Origin: a bacterium
GTDB lineage: Bacteria; Acidobacteriota; Blastocatellia; HR10
Assembly: GCA_041640655.1 (NCBI GenBank)
Contig: JBEPZV010000002.1
Span: forward strand, 32,001-96,000
Length of the DNA: 64,000 nt
Reading direction: 5' to 3'
Shown: positions 55,634 through 64,000 of the stretch, in pieces
Layout: each line of letters opens with the position of its first letter
Position numbering within the stretch: the first letter of the stretch is position 1
Made by a program: the position numbers and the translations under genes
The notes under the pieces: model-generated
Told to the model about the DNA's origin: nothing
Databases searched by the model: none
The model's input: the letters and a program-made list of their open reading frames with translations, nothing else

Positions 55634-56598
55634 TGTCTCGGACGGGCGTCGCCGCCCCTCGGCTCGGAGGGAGCGATCGCCGCCGCCCCCGGCTCGTCCT
55701 CGATCAATTGCACCTGGATCGTCCCGAATCCTCCACGAACACGCGCCAGCACCGGCACACGGCGCGCGTCCGCGCTCAACCAGATGAACATCTCGCCCTC
55801 TCGGCGGATCAATCGTCCCGGACCGAAGACGAGCGGCTCGATCTTCAGAGCGGAGATGCGACCGCGCGGCGTCTCCACCTCCTCGACCTCATGCACGTGA
55901 ACCTCCAGATCATAGGTCTCCCCCTCGTCGCTCACGGGGAACCGCAACACACTGCCCGGCACAAGCGGCTGCGTGCGCACGTAGTAGATCCCCGAGAGCA
56001 TATCCTGCACCCAGGGACGCGCGGTATTCTCCTTCACTCTCGGCGGATCGGTCGGCCTCGTGAGATCGCGCACGATGTACGTCACCGACGCGCTCGCCCG
56101 ATCGAAGAGGGCCAGATGAAAACTTCGCTTCGCCCCTTCGGCCAGGTGTTTTCGCGTCCGCAACACGCCGAAATCCTGTGGATCCACGAACGACTCGAAG
56201 ACATCTTCCACGCGAATGCCCAGCAGGGTCATCAGCGCTCCCTCCGAGACCACCTCCCCGCGAAGGTGATAGACGCCGATCAGCGGCCGCTCCGACGAGC
56301 GCCCGAAGGTGAACGTGAGACGCCCGACGACGGCCGAGAGGATGAGCTTCGAATAGCGCGCTTGATACACGAGCCGCTCCCCTTCGCTGAAGGGGAGGGG
56401 GGACGGCCCCGCGGAGACATCTTGCGCCGCGCGCGAGAGGAGACGACCGCCACGTCCTCCCGCGCCCGCAAGGATGAGAGCGGCGATGAGCCCCCCGATG
56501 GAAATCGCGCGCCCCAGGCGCCTCCCCTCGGCCTCCGAGCGCGCCCGAGGGTTCGAATCACCTCGCTTTGACCAGGAGAAGAACGAGGACAAGGACAT
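55630..56598 (-). CDS. DUF3108-like exported protein
   Basis: PFSEGERLVY, DMLSGIYYVR, VETPRG, IWLSADARRVPV; start uncertain. Confidence 0.75.
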   Translation of the reverse strand: MSLSSFFSWSKRGDSNPRARSEAEGRRLGRAISIGGLIAALILAGAGGRGGRLLSRAAQDVSAGPSPLPFSEGERLVYQARYSKLILSAVVGRLTFTFGRSSERPLIGVYHLRGEVVSEGALMTLLGIRVEDVFESFVDPQDFGVLRTRKHLAEGAKRSFHLALFDRASASVTYIVRDLTRPTDPPRVKENTARPWVQDMLSGIYYVRTQPLVPGSVLRFPVSDEGETYDLEVHVHEVEEVETPRGRISALKIEPLVFGPGRLIRREGEMFIWLSADARRVPVLARVRGGFGTIQVQLIEDEPGAAAIAPSEPRGGDARPRQ

Positions 56599-57136
56599 AT
56601 CCGAACAGCACGCGATATTCCCGATTTCGCACGTACGCCGACCACTGCCCCGACACCCCCTTCGAAGAGACGAAACGCCGTCCCGGCCTGGGGAAGAAGA
56701 GCGGGACCTGCCGCTCATACGCCTCGAAGGCCGCGCCAAATAGCGCGCGCAGATGTTCCGCCTCCAAGATCATCGTCGGCACATACACGACTGCGAAAAA
56801 GACAAGGAAACATACCAAAAGCCACGGACTTCGACAAGCCAAAGCGAAGGCCACTCCCAGGAGAAACGAGCCCAAATAAAGGGGATTGCGCGTGTACGCA
56901 TACGGTCCGGTCGTCGTCAGGACGCGGTCCTTCCGCAGATGCCGAGACGCCCACGCTCGAAGGCCGAGTCCGGGAAGCGCCAGCACGGCTCCCCACAGGA
57001 CCGAAGCGATCGTCGGCTGCGCCTCCAGCAGAAAAACGAGGCCAAGCCCCAGGCTCACAGGGACACGCGCTCGACGCACCGCCCTGAGCCATGTCGGGCG
57101 CGCCCGAAGGGATCGCTCCCACGACGCCCACGACAC
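56558..57136 (-). CDS. Isoprenylcysteine carboxylmethyltransferase/phospholipid methyltransferase family membrane protein
   Basis: LTTTGPYAYTRNPLYLG, EAEHL..LFG...Y...VP; start approximate. Confidence 0.85.
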   Translation of the reverse strand: MSWASWERSLRARPTWLRAVRRARVPVSLGLGLVFLLEAQPTIASVLWGAVLALPGLGLRAWASRHLRKDRVLTTTGPYAYTRNPLYLGSFLLGVAFALACRSPWLLVCFLVFFAVVYVPTMILEAEHLRALFGAAFEAYERQVPLFFPRPGRRFVSSKGVSGQWSAYVRNREYRVLFGYVLVLVLLLVKAR

Positions 57137-57143
57137 GATGGGC

Positions 57144-58235
57144 TCACGGGTTTGACGATGGTTCGATGATCCCACAGGACTCCACGCGCGCGGCCTTCTC
57201 ACGCGCCCGCGCCAGTCGCCGCTCGATCGCTACGATGACGTCGCCGACGGGAATATCGAGGGTTCCGACGTCGCGCTCCCGTCGGCTGTAATAGCGATGA
57301 CCGGAAGCCGGCGTCCGCTCGACGACCTGATCATCAGGATGAAAGGGGCCATTGCGCCGCGCCGACGTCGGACCGTAGAGCGCGACGATCGGCGTGCCGC
57401 GCGCGGCGGCCAGATGCAGCGGTCCTGTATCCCCGCCGAGAAATAAACGCGCACGGTCAGCCAGCACCGCCAATTGCTTGAGCGTGCACGGAAACGGGAT
57501 GGCTTTCCCCCACCGCGCCGCGCGGGCGACCGCCTGCGCCAATGCCGCCTCACCTGGCCCGAAAGGCACCAGAGACACCCATCCGTAGCGCTCCCACAAG
57601 AAGTCCGCGATCGCCCCATACTTCTCCGGCGCCCACCGTTTGGCCGCCCATCCCCCTCCGGGATTGAGCAGAGCGAAATCTCCGACGTCCAAGGCCTCCA
57701 ACCGCTCTTCCACGACACGCCGATCGCATTCGGAGATCGCGAGGGGGAATTCGTACACCAGCGGGGGTCCGTCTTCCCCCACCACATGCCGCACGAGCGC
57801 GAGATTGCGCTCGATCACATGTCCCTCCGCAGGGACGGCGACCATTTCCGTCAGAAATATCCGACTCGCCCGCTCCTTGAGCGCCGCCGCCTCAAATCCG
57901 ATGCGCCGCTCAGCCCCGGAGAGCCACAGCACGATCCCCGACTTCATCAACCCTTGGAAATCGAAGCCGAGATCATAGCGACGCCGTCGCAGGCGCGCGA
58001 GCGCCGCTCGGATCTCCGTCCACGTCGCCGGATGGAGCCACTGCCGGCGCCACGTCCGCGTGTCCACCTCGAGGATTTCGTCCAACATCGGATTTTCGCG
58101 CAACAGATCGGCCATCGCGCGCTCGACGACCCAACCGATGTGCGCTTCGGGAAACGCCCGCCGAAGCTGCGCCAGCGCCGGGAGCGTGTGCACGATGTCT
58201 CCGAGAGAACTCAGCTTGACGATGAGGATATTCAT
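57144..58235 (-). CDS. waaC: LPS heptosyltransferase I (GT9)
   Basis: [30 protein letters not shown]. Confidence 0.85.
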   Translation of the reverse strand: MNILIVKLSSLGDIVHTLPALAQLRRAFPEAHIGWVVERAMADLLRENPMLDEILEVDTRTWRRQWLHPATWTEIRAALARLRRRRYDLGFDFQGLMKSGIVLWLSGAERRIGFEAAALKERASRIFLTEMVAVPAEGHVIERNLALVRHVVGEDGPPLVYEFPLAISECDRRVVEERLEALDVGDFALLNPGGGWAAKRWAPEKYGAIADFLWERYGWVSLVPFGPGEAALAQAVARAARWGKAIPFPCTLKQLAVLADRARLFLGGDTGPLHLAAARGTPIVALYGPTSARRNGPFHPDDQVVERTPASGHRYYSRRERDVGTLDIPVGDVIVAIERRLARAREKAARVESCGIIEPSSNP

Positions 58236-58717
58236 GGCGCGCTCACCCGGCGGATCCGCTCGATGATCTCGCGGCTCGAATGGCGCTTCTCGTCGCCGAC
58301 AATGGCCACCACGCCGCCATATCGCGCGACGATCTCCCGCTCCGGGACCGTCTCCGGCGTGTAATCGGTCCCCTTCGCATGCACGTCGGGACGCAACGCC
58401 TCCAGAAGCGGCGCCACCGTCAGCCCCTCGAAGATGACGACGTACTCCACACACGCCAAGGCGGCGATGATCTCCGCGCGCTCCTCGGCCGGCATGAGGG
58501 GACGTCCCACGCCCTTCAAGGCGCGAACCGACGCATCCGCATTCACGCCGACGATCAAGAGATCACCCAATTGCCGCGCAGCTTGCAGGTACCGGACGTG
58601 TCCGACATGAAGAGGATCGAAGCAACCGTTGGCAAGCACGATGCGCTGATGACGCGCTCGCGCCGCCTCGACCTCGCGCCGCAGGTCATCGAGAGATCGA
58701 ATCTTCGCCACGCTCAT
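58232..58717 (-). CDS. Heptose-1-phosphate adenylyltransferase (RfaE/HldE domain II)
   Basis: [24 protein letters not shown]. Confidence 0.88.
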   Translation of the reverse strand: MSVAKIRSLDDLRREVEAARARHQRIVLANGCFDPLHVGHVRYLQAARQLGDLLIVGVNADASVRALKGVGRPLMPAEERAEIIAALACVEYVVIFEGLTVAPLLEALRPDVHAKGTDYTPETVPEREIVARYGGVVAIVGDEKRHSSREIIERIRRVSAP

Positions 58718-59729
58718 CGTGAGCGTCCCAGGAGAGGATCGAAGCGCGCAACTCCTCCGGACCGACCGTCGCCGTCCCGCGCTTCATGACGACGAGGCCT
58801 CCGGCGTGATTGGCCAGATGAGCGGCTTCCAGGAAGCTCGCCCCGGAAGCCAGAGCGAGCGTGTAGGTCGCGATCACGGTATCCCCGGCTCCGGTCACAT
58901 CCACGGGCTCTCGACTGCCCACGATCGGCAGGTGCACAACCGGATGTCCATCTTGGAAGAGCGACATGCCCTCCTTCCCACGCGTGATCAGCAGAGCCGA
59001 GAGCTTCAATCGGCGGCGCAACGCGCGCCCGACGCGCTCCAACGTCGGGAGATCGTCCAAATGCCGCCCGCACACTTCCTCGACCTCCGATTGATTCGGC
59101 GTGGCCGACGTGAATCCCTCAAATTCCAACAACCGATGTCGGGAATCCACAGTGACCAGCACGCCGCGCCGCGCCAAGGACCGAACGGTGTTCATCATGA
59201 GCGGATGCACGAGCCCATAGTGATAGTCGGAGAGGATCACCCCATCGGCCGCAGCCGCCAATGCCCGCACCCGCTCGGCGAGCGCGCGCACGACCGATTC
59301 CGAGGGAGGGGCTTCGGGCTCCCGGTCAATGCGAATCACTTGCTGACGCGTCGAATGGACCGAGCCCGCGAGGATGCGCGTCTTCGTGGGCGTGGAATAG
59401 CCAGGCACAACGAACACGGCCGAGACATCCACACCCTTCTTCCGAAGGGCTCGGAGCACAGCGCGCCCCTCGGCATCGCGTCCGACGACGCCGACGACGG
59501 CCACCCGGGCGCCCAGCGCGGCCAGATTCGCCGCCGCATTGCCACATCCTCCGGGCTGCGTCTCCTTCCGCTCGAATCGCAGGATCATCACCGGCGCCTC
59601 GCGAGAGATGCGCGCGATCTCCCCGTAGACGAACTCATCGGCGATGAGATCGCCCACGACGACGATCCGACGCCCGCGAAACCGGGCGATTACCTCAAGG
59701 AGTCGCGCCGCGCTCGGCCTCGCTCCCAT
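58686..59729 (-). CDS. Heptose-7-phosphate kinase (RfaE/HldE domain I, PfkB family)
   Basis: [23 protein letters not shown]. Confidence 0.9.
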   Translation of the reverse strand: MGARPSAARLLEVIARFRGRRIVVVGDLIADEFVYGEIARISREAPVMILRFERKETQPGGCGNAAANLAALGARVAVVGVVGRDAEGRAVLRALRKKGVDVSAVFVVPGYSTPTKTRILAGSVHSTRQQVIRIDREPEAPPSESVVRALAERVRALAAAADGVILSDYHYGLVHPLMMNTVRSLARRGVLVTVDSRHRLLEFEGFTSATPNQSEVEEVCGRHLDDLPTLERVGRALRRRLKLSALLITRGKEGMSLFQDGHPVVHLPIVGSREPVDVTGAGDTVIATYTLALASGASFLEAAHLANHAGGLVVMKRGTATVGPEELRASILSWDAHDERGEDSISR

Positions 59730-60369
59730 GGCGCAAAATCCACCGAACGGCCTCCCAGAGATTCCCGGCGACGTGATCGGGCGGAAGCCGCCCCTCCCGT
59801 TGGGAACGCGCCCATTCCTCCCGCCCATGCCCGGTCAGGACCAAAACCCCCCGCGCGCCCACGCGATGGGCCAGTTGGATGTCGCTGTATTTATCACCCA
59901 CGAAGACGCATCGCCGAAGGTCGAGCGCGAACTCCCGCTGCGCGCGTTCCACCAGTCCGGTCGCCGGCTTCCGACACGAACACACCTGCCGATAGGCCAT
60001 GATCACCCCTTCGGGATGATGCGGACAATAGTAGATGGCGTCCCACTGAGCGCCATATCGGCGCAACTCGCTCTCGAACCGATGATGCACCTGGCGCACC
60101 AGCTCTTCAGTGAAATACCCCCGCGCCACACCTGATTGATTCGTGATGACGATCACGCGGTATCCGGCGTGCCGGAGCGCGCGAAGCGCCGGAATCGTCC
60201 AGGGGAACAGCCGGTACGCGGCGACGTCGCGCGCATAGCCGACGTCCTCGCTGAGCGTGCCATCTCGATCGAGGAAGACCGCGCGCGCCGATTCCGAACG
60301 CCCCGCGTCGTCCCCGCGAAGTGGGGCATGCTCGGTCCCCCGCTCCCCTTCCTCCACAAGCGCATTCAT
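59695..60369 (-). CDS. gmhB: D,D-heptose 1,7-bisphosphate phosphatase
   Basis: FLDRDGT, TNQSGVARG, CPHHP...CSCRKP, VGDK. Confidence 0.92.
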   Translation of the reverse strand: MNALVEEGERGTEHAPLRGDDAGRSESARAVFLDRDGTLSEDVGYARDVAAYRLFPWTIPALRALRHAGYRVIVITNQSGVARGYFTEELVRQVHHRFESELRRYGAQWDAIYYCPHHPEGVIMAYRQVCSCRKPATGLVERAQREFALDLRRCVFVGDKYSDIQLAHRVGARGVLVLTGHGREEWARSQREGRLPPDHVAGNLWEAVRWILRHGSEAERGATP

Positions 60370-61463
60370 CCCACCTGCTCCGTGCCGGAGGATACGGATC
60401 GAATCGAGGCCACTCCCTGCTCCAGAAGCTGCGAGGCCGGGCGCAAGACGTCCTCCACCTGGATGGCCGTCATGCACCGATGATCAATCGGACACTCGCG
60501 TCGCATGCAGGGGGCGCACGCCACAGGCTTCTTGATCACAACGGCACGCTCCGAGAAGGGACGTGTGGCGAAATCCTCCGTGGGGCCGAAGAGCACGATC
60601 ACCGGCGTGCCGACAGCCGGCGCCACATGCGCAGCCCCGGTGTCGTTGGAGATGACCAGATGCGCGCAACTGAGGATCGCGACCATCAGGTCCACGCTCG
60701 TCTCCCCGGTCACCACTACGGGCGTTCGACGCATGTGCCGCCGCACCACCTCCGAGACCGGGCGCTCCGCGGGCGTGCCGATGAGGACGACCGAGACATC
60801 GCCCCGCTCCAGCAACGCATCGCCGACGGCCGCAAATCGCTCGGGCAACCACTGCTTCGCCCGACTGTTCACCGCTCCAGGATTCAAGACGACGATCTTC
60901 CGGCTCACCTCCACGCCGCGCGCGGCCAGGAAGGCCAGCGCTTCTCGCCGCCGCCCTTCGGAGACCGTCAATCGCGGAACCGGATCGGCGAAGGAGACGC
61001 GCTCGGTCCCGAGCACTTGCCGCTCCAGCTCGGCGACAAGATGGAGATAGTCGTACACCTGATGCTGGCGCCTCCACCTTGGAGGGAACGGGATGCGATG
61101 CGTCAGCAACCATGCGCGTCCATCGGTCGGATAGCCGGCCCGGATCGGAATCCTCGCCGCGAAGGCCAAAAGCGCTGCTCCGAAGGCGTTCGGCAAAAGC
61201 AACGCCAGATCGTACCGACGCGAGCGCAGCGCGAACACCGCCTCCCAGTATCCTCGCGCCGAGCGAAGGTCGAGCGGCAGAATCTCATCCGCGACATCCG
61301 CCTCGCGGAAGAGCCCGGCGAGCGCCGGCCGCACCAGCATCGTCACGTGCGCGCTTGGGAAGACACGCCGCAGCTCACGCAATGCGGGGATCGCCATGAT
61401 CGCGTCGCCGACCCAATTCGTCCCCCGAATCAGAATGCGCTCGATCGAATCCGTTCGCCCCAT
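60366..61463 (-). CDS. waaF: LPS heptosyltransferase II (GT9)
   Basis: NWVGDAIM, AKQW, SNDTGAAH, CAPC..RECP..HRCM. Confidence 0.9.
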   Translation of the reverse strand: MGRTDSIERILIRGTNWVGDAIMAIPALRELRRVFPSAHVTMLVRPALAGLFREADVADEILPLDLRSARGYWEAVFALRSRRYDLALLLPNAFGAALLAFAARIPIRAGYPTDGRAWLLTHRIPFPPRWRRQHQVYDYLHLVAELERQVLGTERVSFADPVPRLTVSEGRRREALAFLAARGVEVSRKIVVLNPGAVNSRAKQWLPERFAAVGDALLERGDVSVVLIGTPAERPVSEVVRRHMRRTPVVVTGETSVDLMVAILSCAHLVISNDTGAAHVAPAVGTPVIVLFGPTEDFATRPFSERAVVIKKPVACAPCMRRECPIDHRCMTAIQVEDVLRPASQLLEQGVASIRSVSSGTEQVG

Positions 61464-61510
61464 GATGGCTCATCCGACGGTATCGCGCTACCTGCGGCGA
61501 CCCGCGCGCC

Positions 61511-62143
61511 TCATCCCGGCACGACGATGAGGCGCGATTGCGGCTCGGGATAGGGGTGAAAGAGCGCGGCCACGCGAAGATACGCCTGAGCCTCGCGCTC
61601 ATCCCTCATCACCTGCACGGATTCGGCCAGCAGCCGCAAACAGGCCAAGGCATCGCTCCGGCGAATGCGCGTCCCCCGCTTGGCCAGATCCTCCTCCACC
61701 TGCGCCAAGGCCTTCAACAGCGCCTCCGTCACCGCTTGAACGCGCGGCGATTCCGAACGGTGCTCGTAGATGATGCCCCGCTCCAGCGTCTCATACGTTC
61801 GGATGGCGTTCTCAAGCCCCGCGAGGACTTCCTCATCGGTCAAATCGCGAAAGCGCTGGCGCTGCACATCCACAACGGCTCCCTCCAGGAAGGCCAAAAG
61901 CCCGCTCATCTGAGCCAACATCTCCACCCACGACTCCTTCCCCTGCGCGGACAGATGCCCGAGCAACTGCTCCATGCGCCGTTCCCCCGTCGTGCGTCGC
62001 GCATCCTGCAGGTAGGGACAGGGCTCCGGACACGCGAGAACCAACATCCGCAACTGCGCGCAACAGCGCGAACAGATGCGCTCAAGAAGCGCCGCGCACT
62101 CGCGCCGCGCGGCTTGCTTCGAGCACTTCGCACACTTCGCCAT
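61511..62143 (-). CDS. Hypothetical protein with Cys-rich N-terminal putative Zn-binding domain
   Basis: CAKC...C...CSRCC...CPEPCPYL, then helical domain; RBS present. Confidence 0.72.
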   Translation of the reverse strand: MAKCAKCSKQAARRECAALLERICSRCCAQLRMLVLACPEPCPYLQDARRTTGERRMEQLLGHLSAQGKESWVEMLAQMSGLLAFLEGAVVDVQRQRFRDLTDEEVLAGLENAIRTYETLERGIIYEHRSESPRVQAVTEALLKALAQVEEDLAKRGTRIRRSDALACLRLLAESVQVMRDEREAQAYLRVAALFHPYPEPQSRLIVVPG

Positions 62144-62194
62144 CCTCTCCCCCCTTCTGAGAACGCGAGGAGCAATCGTCTCCCGCCCCGAGCT

Positions 62195-63343
62195 TCACGA
62201 GTGAGCGCGGCCCTCTCGCCCGCCGAGCCACTCCTTGAAGCGCTCCAGGAGGCTCTTCTCCCCGACCTCCTTCGCCTCCAATCGCGCCAGCTCTTCAAAG
62301 AGGCGCCGCATCTCGCGGCTCAACCGCGTCGGCGTGACGACGCGAACTTCCACAATGAGATCCCCTCGACCGGGCCGATCCAGGTGCGGCATCCCGCGCC
62401 CGCGCAATCGGAAGACATCTCCCGATTGCGTCCCCGGTGGGATCTGCACCGACTCCTCTCCGTCCAAGAGCGTGGGGATCTTCAGCTCCGCACCGAGCGC
62501 CGCTTGAGCGAACGTGACCGGGACCGTGCAGTAGAGATCATCCCCCTGACGCGCGAAGAACTCGTGTGGACGCACGTGGATGATGACGTAGAGATCTCCG
62601 GGAGCCCCTCCGGCGATTCCCGCCTCTCCCTCTCCGTCTAGGCGCAACCGCGTCCCTTCATCCACACCCGGAGGAATCCGCACGTCCAGCACGCGTTCGC
62701 GCCGGACGCGCCCACGCCCGCGACACTCCTGACACGGGTTTCGAATGATCGTCCCCGCTCCCTGACAATGCGCGCACGTGCGCGAGATGGTGAAGATGCC
62801 TTGCTGGTACCGTACCTGCCCACTGCCGCCACAGGTCGGGCACCGCGAGGGCGATGTGCCCGGAGCCGTTCCGGCTCCCCCACACAATGCACACACTTCA
62901 GTCCGGGGAACGCGAATCTGCTTCTCGACCCCGCGCGCCGCTTCCTCCAGCGTGATCTCCAGATCATAACGGAGATCCGCACCGCGCCGCGCCCGCGACC
63001 GTCGCCGCGTCGTCGTCCCGAACAGGTCGCTGAATCCAAAGAACTCGTCCAGCAGATCCTCGAACGTGGCGAATGGGTCGAATCCAGCGCCATAGCCGGC
63101 TGCCGCCGCCGAGGAGCTGACCCCCGCATGTCCGTACCGATCATAGAGGGCGCGCTTCTCCGGATCGGAGAGGACGCTATACGCCTCGACGATCTCCTTG
63201 AACTTCTCCTCAGCCTCCTTGTCGCCCGGATTGCGATCGGGGTGGTACTTCAAGGCGAGCTTGCGATACGCGGACTTGATCTCCTGCTCGCTCGCCGTGC
63301 GGCTGACGCCCAGGACCTCGTAATAATCCCGCTTATTCTCCAA
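62195..63343 (-). CDS. dnaJ: Chaperone DnaJ
   Basis: J-domain HPD, G/F region, four CxxCxGxG repeats. Confidence 0.97.
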   Translation of the reverse strand: MENKRDYYEVLGVSRTASEQEIKSAYRKLALKYHPDRNPGDKEAEEKFKEIVEAYSVLSDPEKRALYDRYGHAGVSSSAAAAGYGAGFDPFATFEDLLDEFFGFSDLFGTTTRRRSRARRGADLRYDLEITLEEAARGVEKQIRVPRTEVCALCGGAGTAPGTSPSRCPTCGGSGQVRYQQGIFTISRTCAHCQGAGTIIRNPCQECRGRGRVRRERVLDVRIPPGVDEGTRLRLDGEGEAGIAGGAPGDLYVIIHVRPHEFFARQGDDLYCTVPVTFAQAALGAELKIPTLLDGEESVQIPPGTQSGDVFRLRGRGMPHLDRPGRGDLIVEVRVVTPTRLSREMRRLFEELARLEAKEVGEKSLLERFKEWLGGREGRAHS

Positions 63344-63493
63344 GGTCGCGCGCTCCCCGTGTGAGAACTCACCGAGGCGCTCAACGCCTCATCTTCGCGC
63401 TCGACGGAAAACTTAATTTTGTCCCGACCCCGGAGAATTTGCAACCGTTCGCTCAGGGGGGAATCCTCTCAGCGAAGATCGCGAACGCCAGAT

Positions 63494-64000
63494 TCACGGA
63501 CACGACCCGGAGAGGGAAAGCGTGAGAAGAAACGAACGCTCGCCCATCGGCGCTCCCGCCTCGATCTCCACATGAATGGGGACGGCGGGATTCAGCTCCT
63601 CCAGGGGGATCGCGCGCACCGTGGCCCTCACTCCCTCCCCCGAGAAGCGGATCGCCTGAGCGCCGATCAATCCCACACCGAAGATGATCGCCTCGCCAGA
63701 TGAGGCGGGAGCGACTTCATCGCCCAGGATGAAGCCATCAGCCATGCTCCGCGCTGCAAGAGATCGAAACGCCCAAAGGAGACGCCCGAAGCGAACGCGC
63801 TCTAGCGACGTGATCACCCGCTGTGACCGCAAGGCCCATGGGGGGGCGAGAGCGAAAGCCGAGAGGATGCGCTCCTCCGTGCTGAGGCCGACAATGCGCG
63901 GCGTGGAGACGACGAAGACGACGGTCCCACTGGCAACCTCCCCGTGCGGAGTCCTCAGGGAGAAGGCGCGCGGGCCGATCTCCGCGCGCGGATCAACGCT
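63494..64000 (-). CDS. 3' end of a protein with Ig-like/IPT-type repeats (enters from outside window)
   Basis: Frame open to the window edge; repeated VDPRAEIGPRAFSL / IEAGAPMGERSFLL pattern. Confidence 0.55.
   Translation of the reverse strand, partial: SVDPRAEIGPRAFSLRTPHGEVASGTVVFVVSTPRIVGLSTEERILSAFALAPPWALRSQRVITSLERVRFGRLLWAFRSLAARSMADGFILGDEVAPASSGEAIIFGVGLIGAQAIRFSGEGVRATVRAIPLEELNPAVPIHVEIEAGAPMGERSFLLTLSLSGSCP

Noticed and set aside
56540..56570. tRNA T-arm-like GAGGGTTCGAATC
   Set aside because: No cloverleaf or acceptor stem; lies at a coding junction
63419..63540. Possible frameshift at the C-terminus of the last ORF
   Set aside because: An alternative frame reads plausibly, but evidence is insufficient without homologues

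Overview
GC-rich, gene-dense chromosomal window from a diderm, LPS-producing bacterium. Gene content and style suggest Acidobacteriota (Blastocatellia-like); this is inference. Most of it is housekeeping: coxS/coxL-type molybdoenzyme subunits, a moaD-moaE fusion, smc, bioY, pepA-smpB-gpsA-plsY, selD, rpsT, eno, rtcA, queC, gyrB-recF, tpx, folC-accD, meaB-mce, mtnP, an ADP-heptose/LPS core cluster and dnaJ. I recognised no tRNA, rRNA, CRISPR array or transposase. The most unusual region is a visibly less GC-rich accessory cassette at about 24.76-28.61 kb on the minus strand. It starts with a sigma70 promoter whose -35/-10 spacer is almost entirely a (GACA)6 microsatellite: 21 bp now, 17 bp if one unit is lost, so a candidate ON/OFF switch. 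Downstream lie a lipobox-bearing, Cys-rich, bacteriocin-like precursor split across two frames, a LolA-fold protein, an ABC ATPase and permease, and a decayed outer-membrane beta-barrel gene. Other notable items: a degenerate PGK fused to a USP domain, a Sec-containing SelD with a SECIS-like hairpin missed by the ORF track, a GyrB with a non-canonical QTK loop, and a 42-bp tandem-repeat coiled-coil membrane protein.
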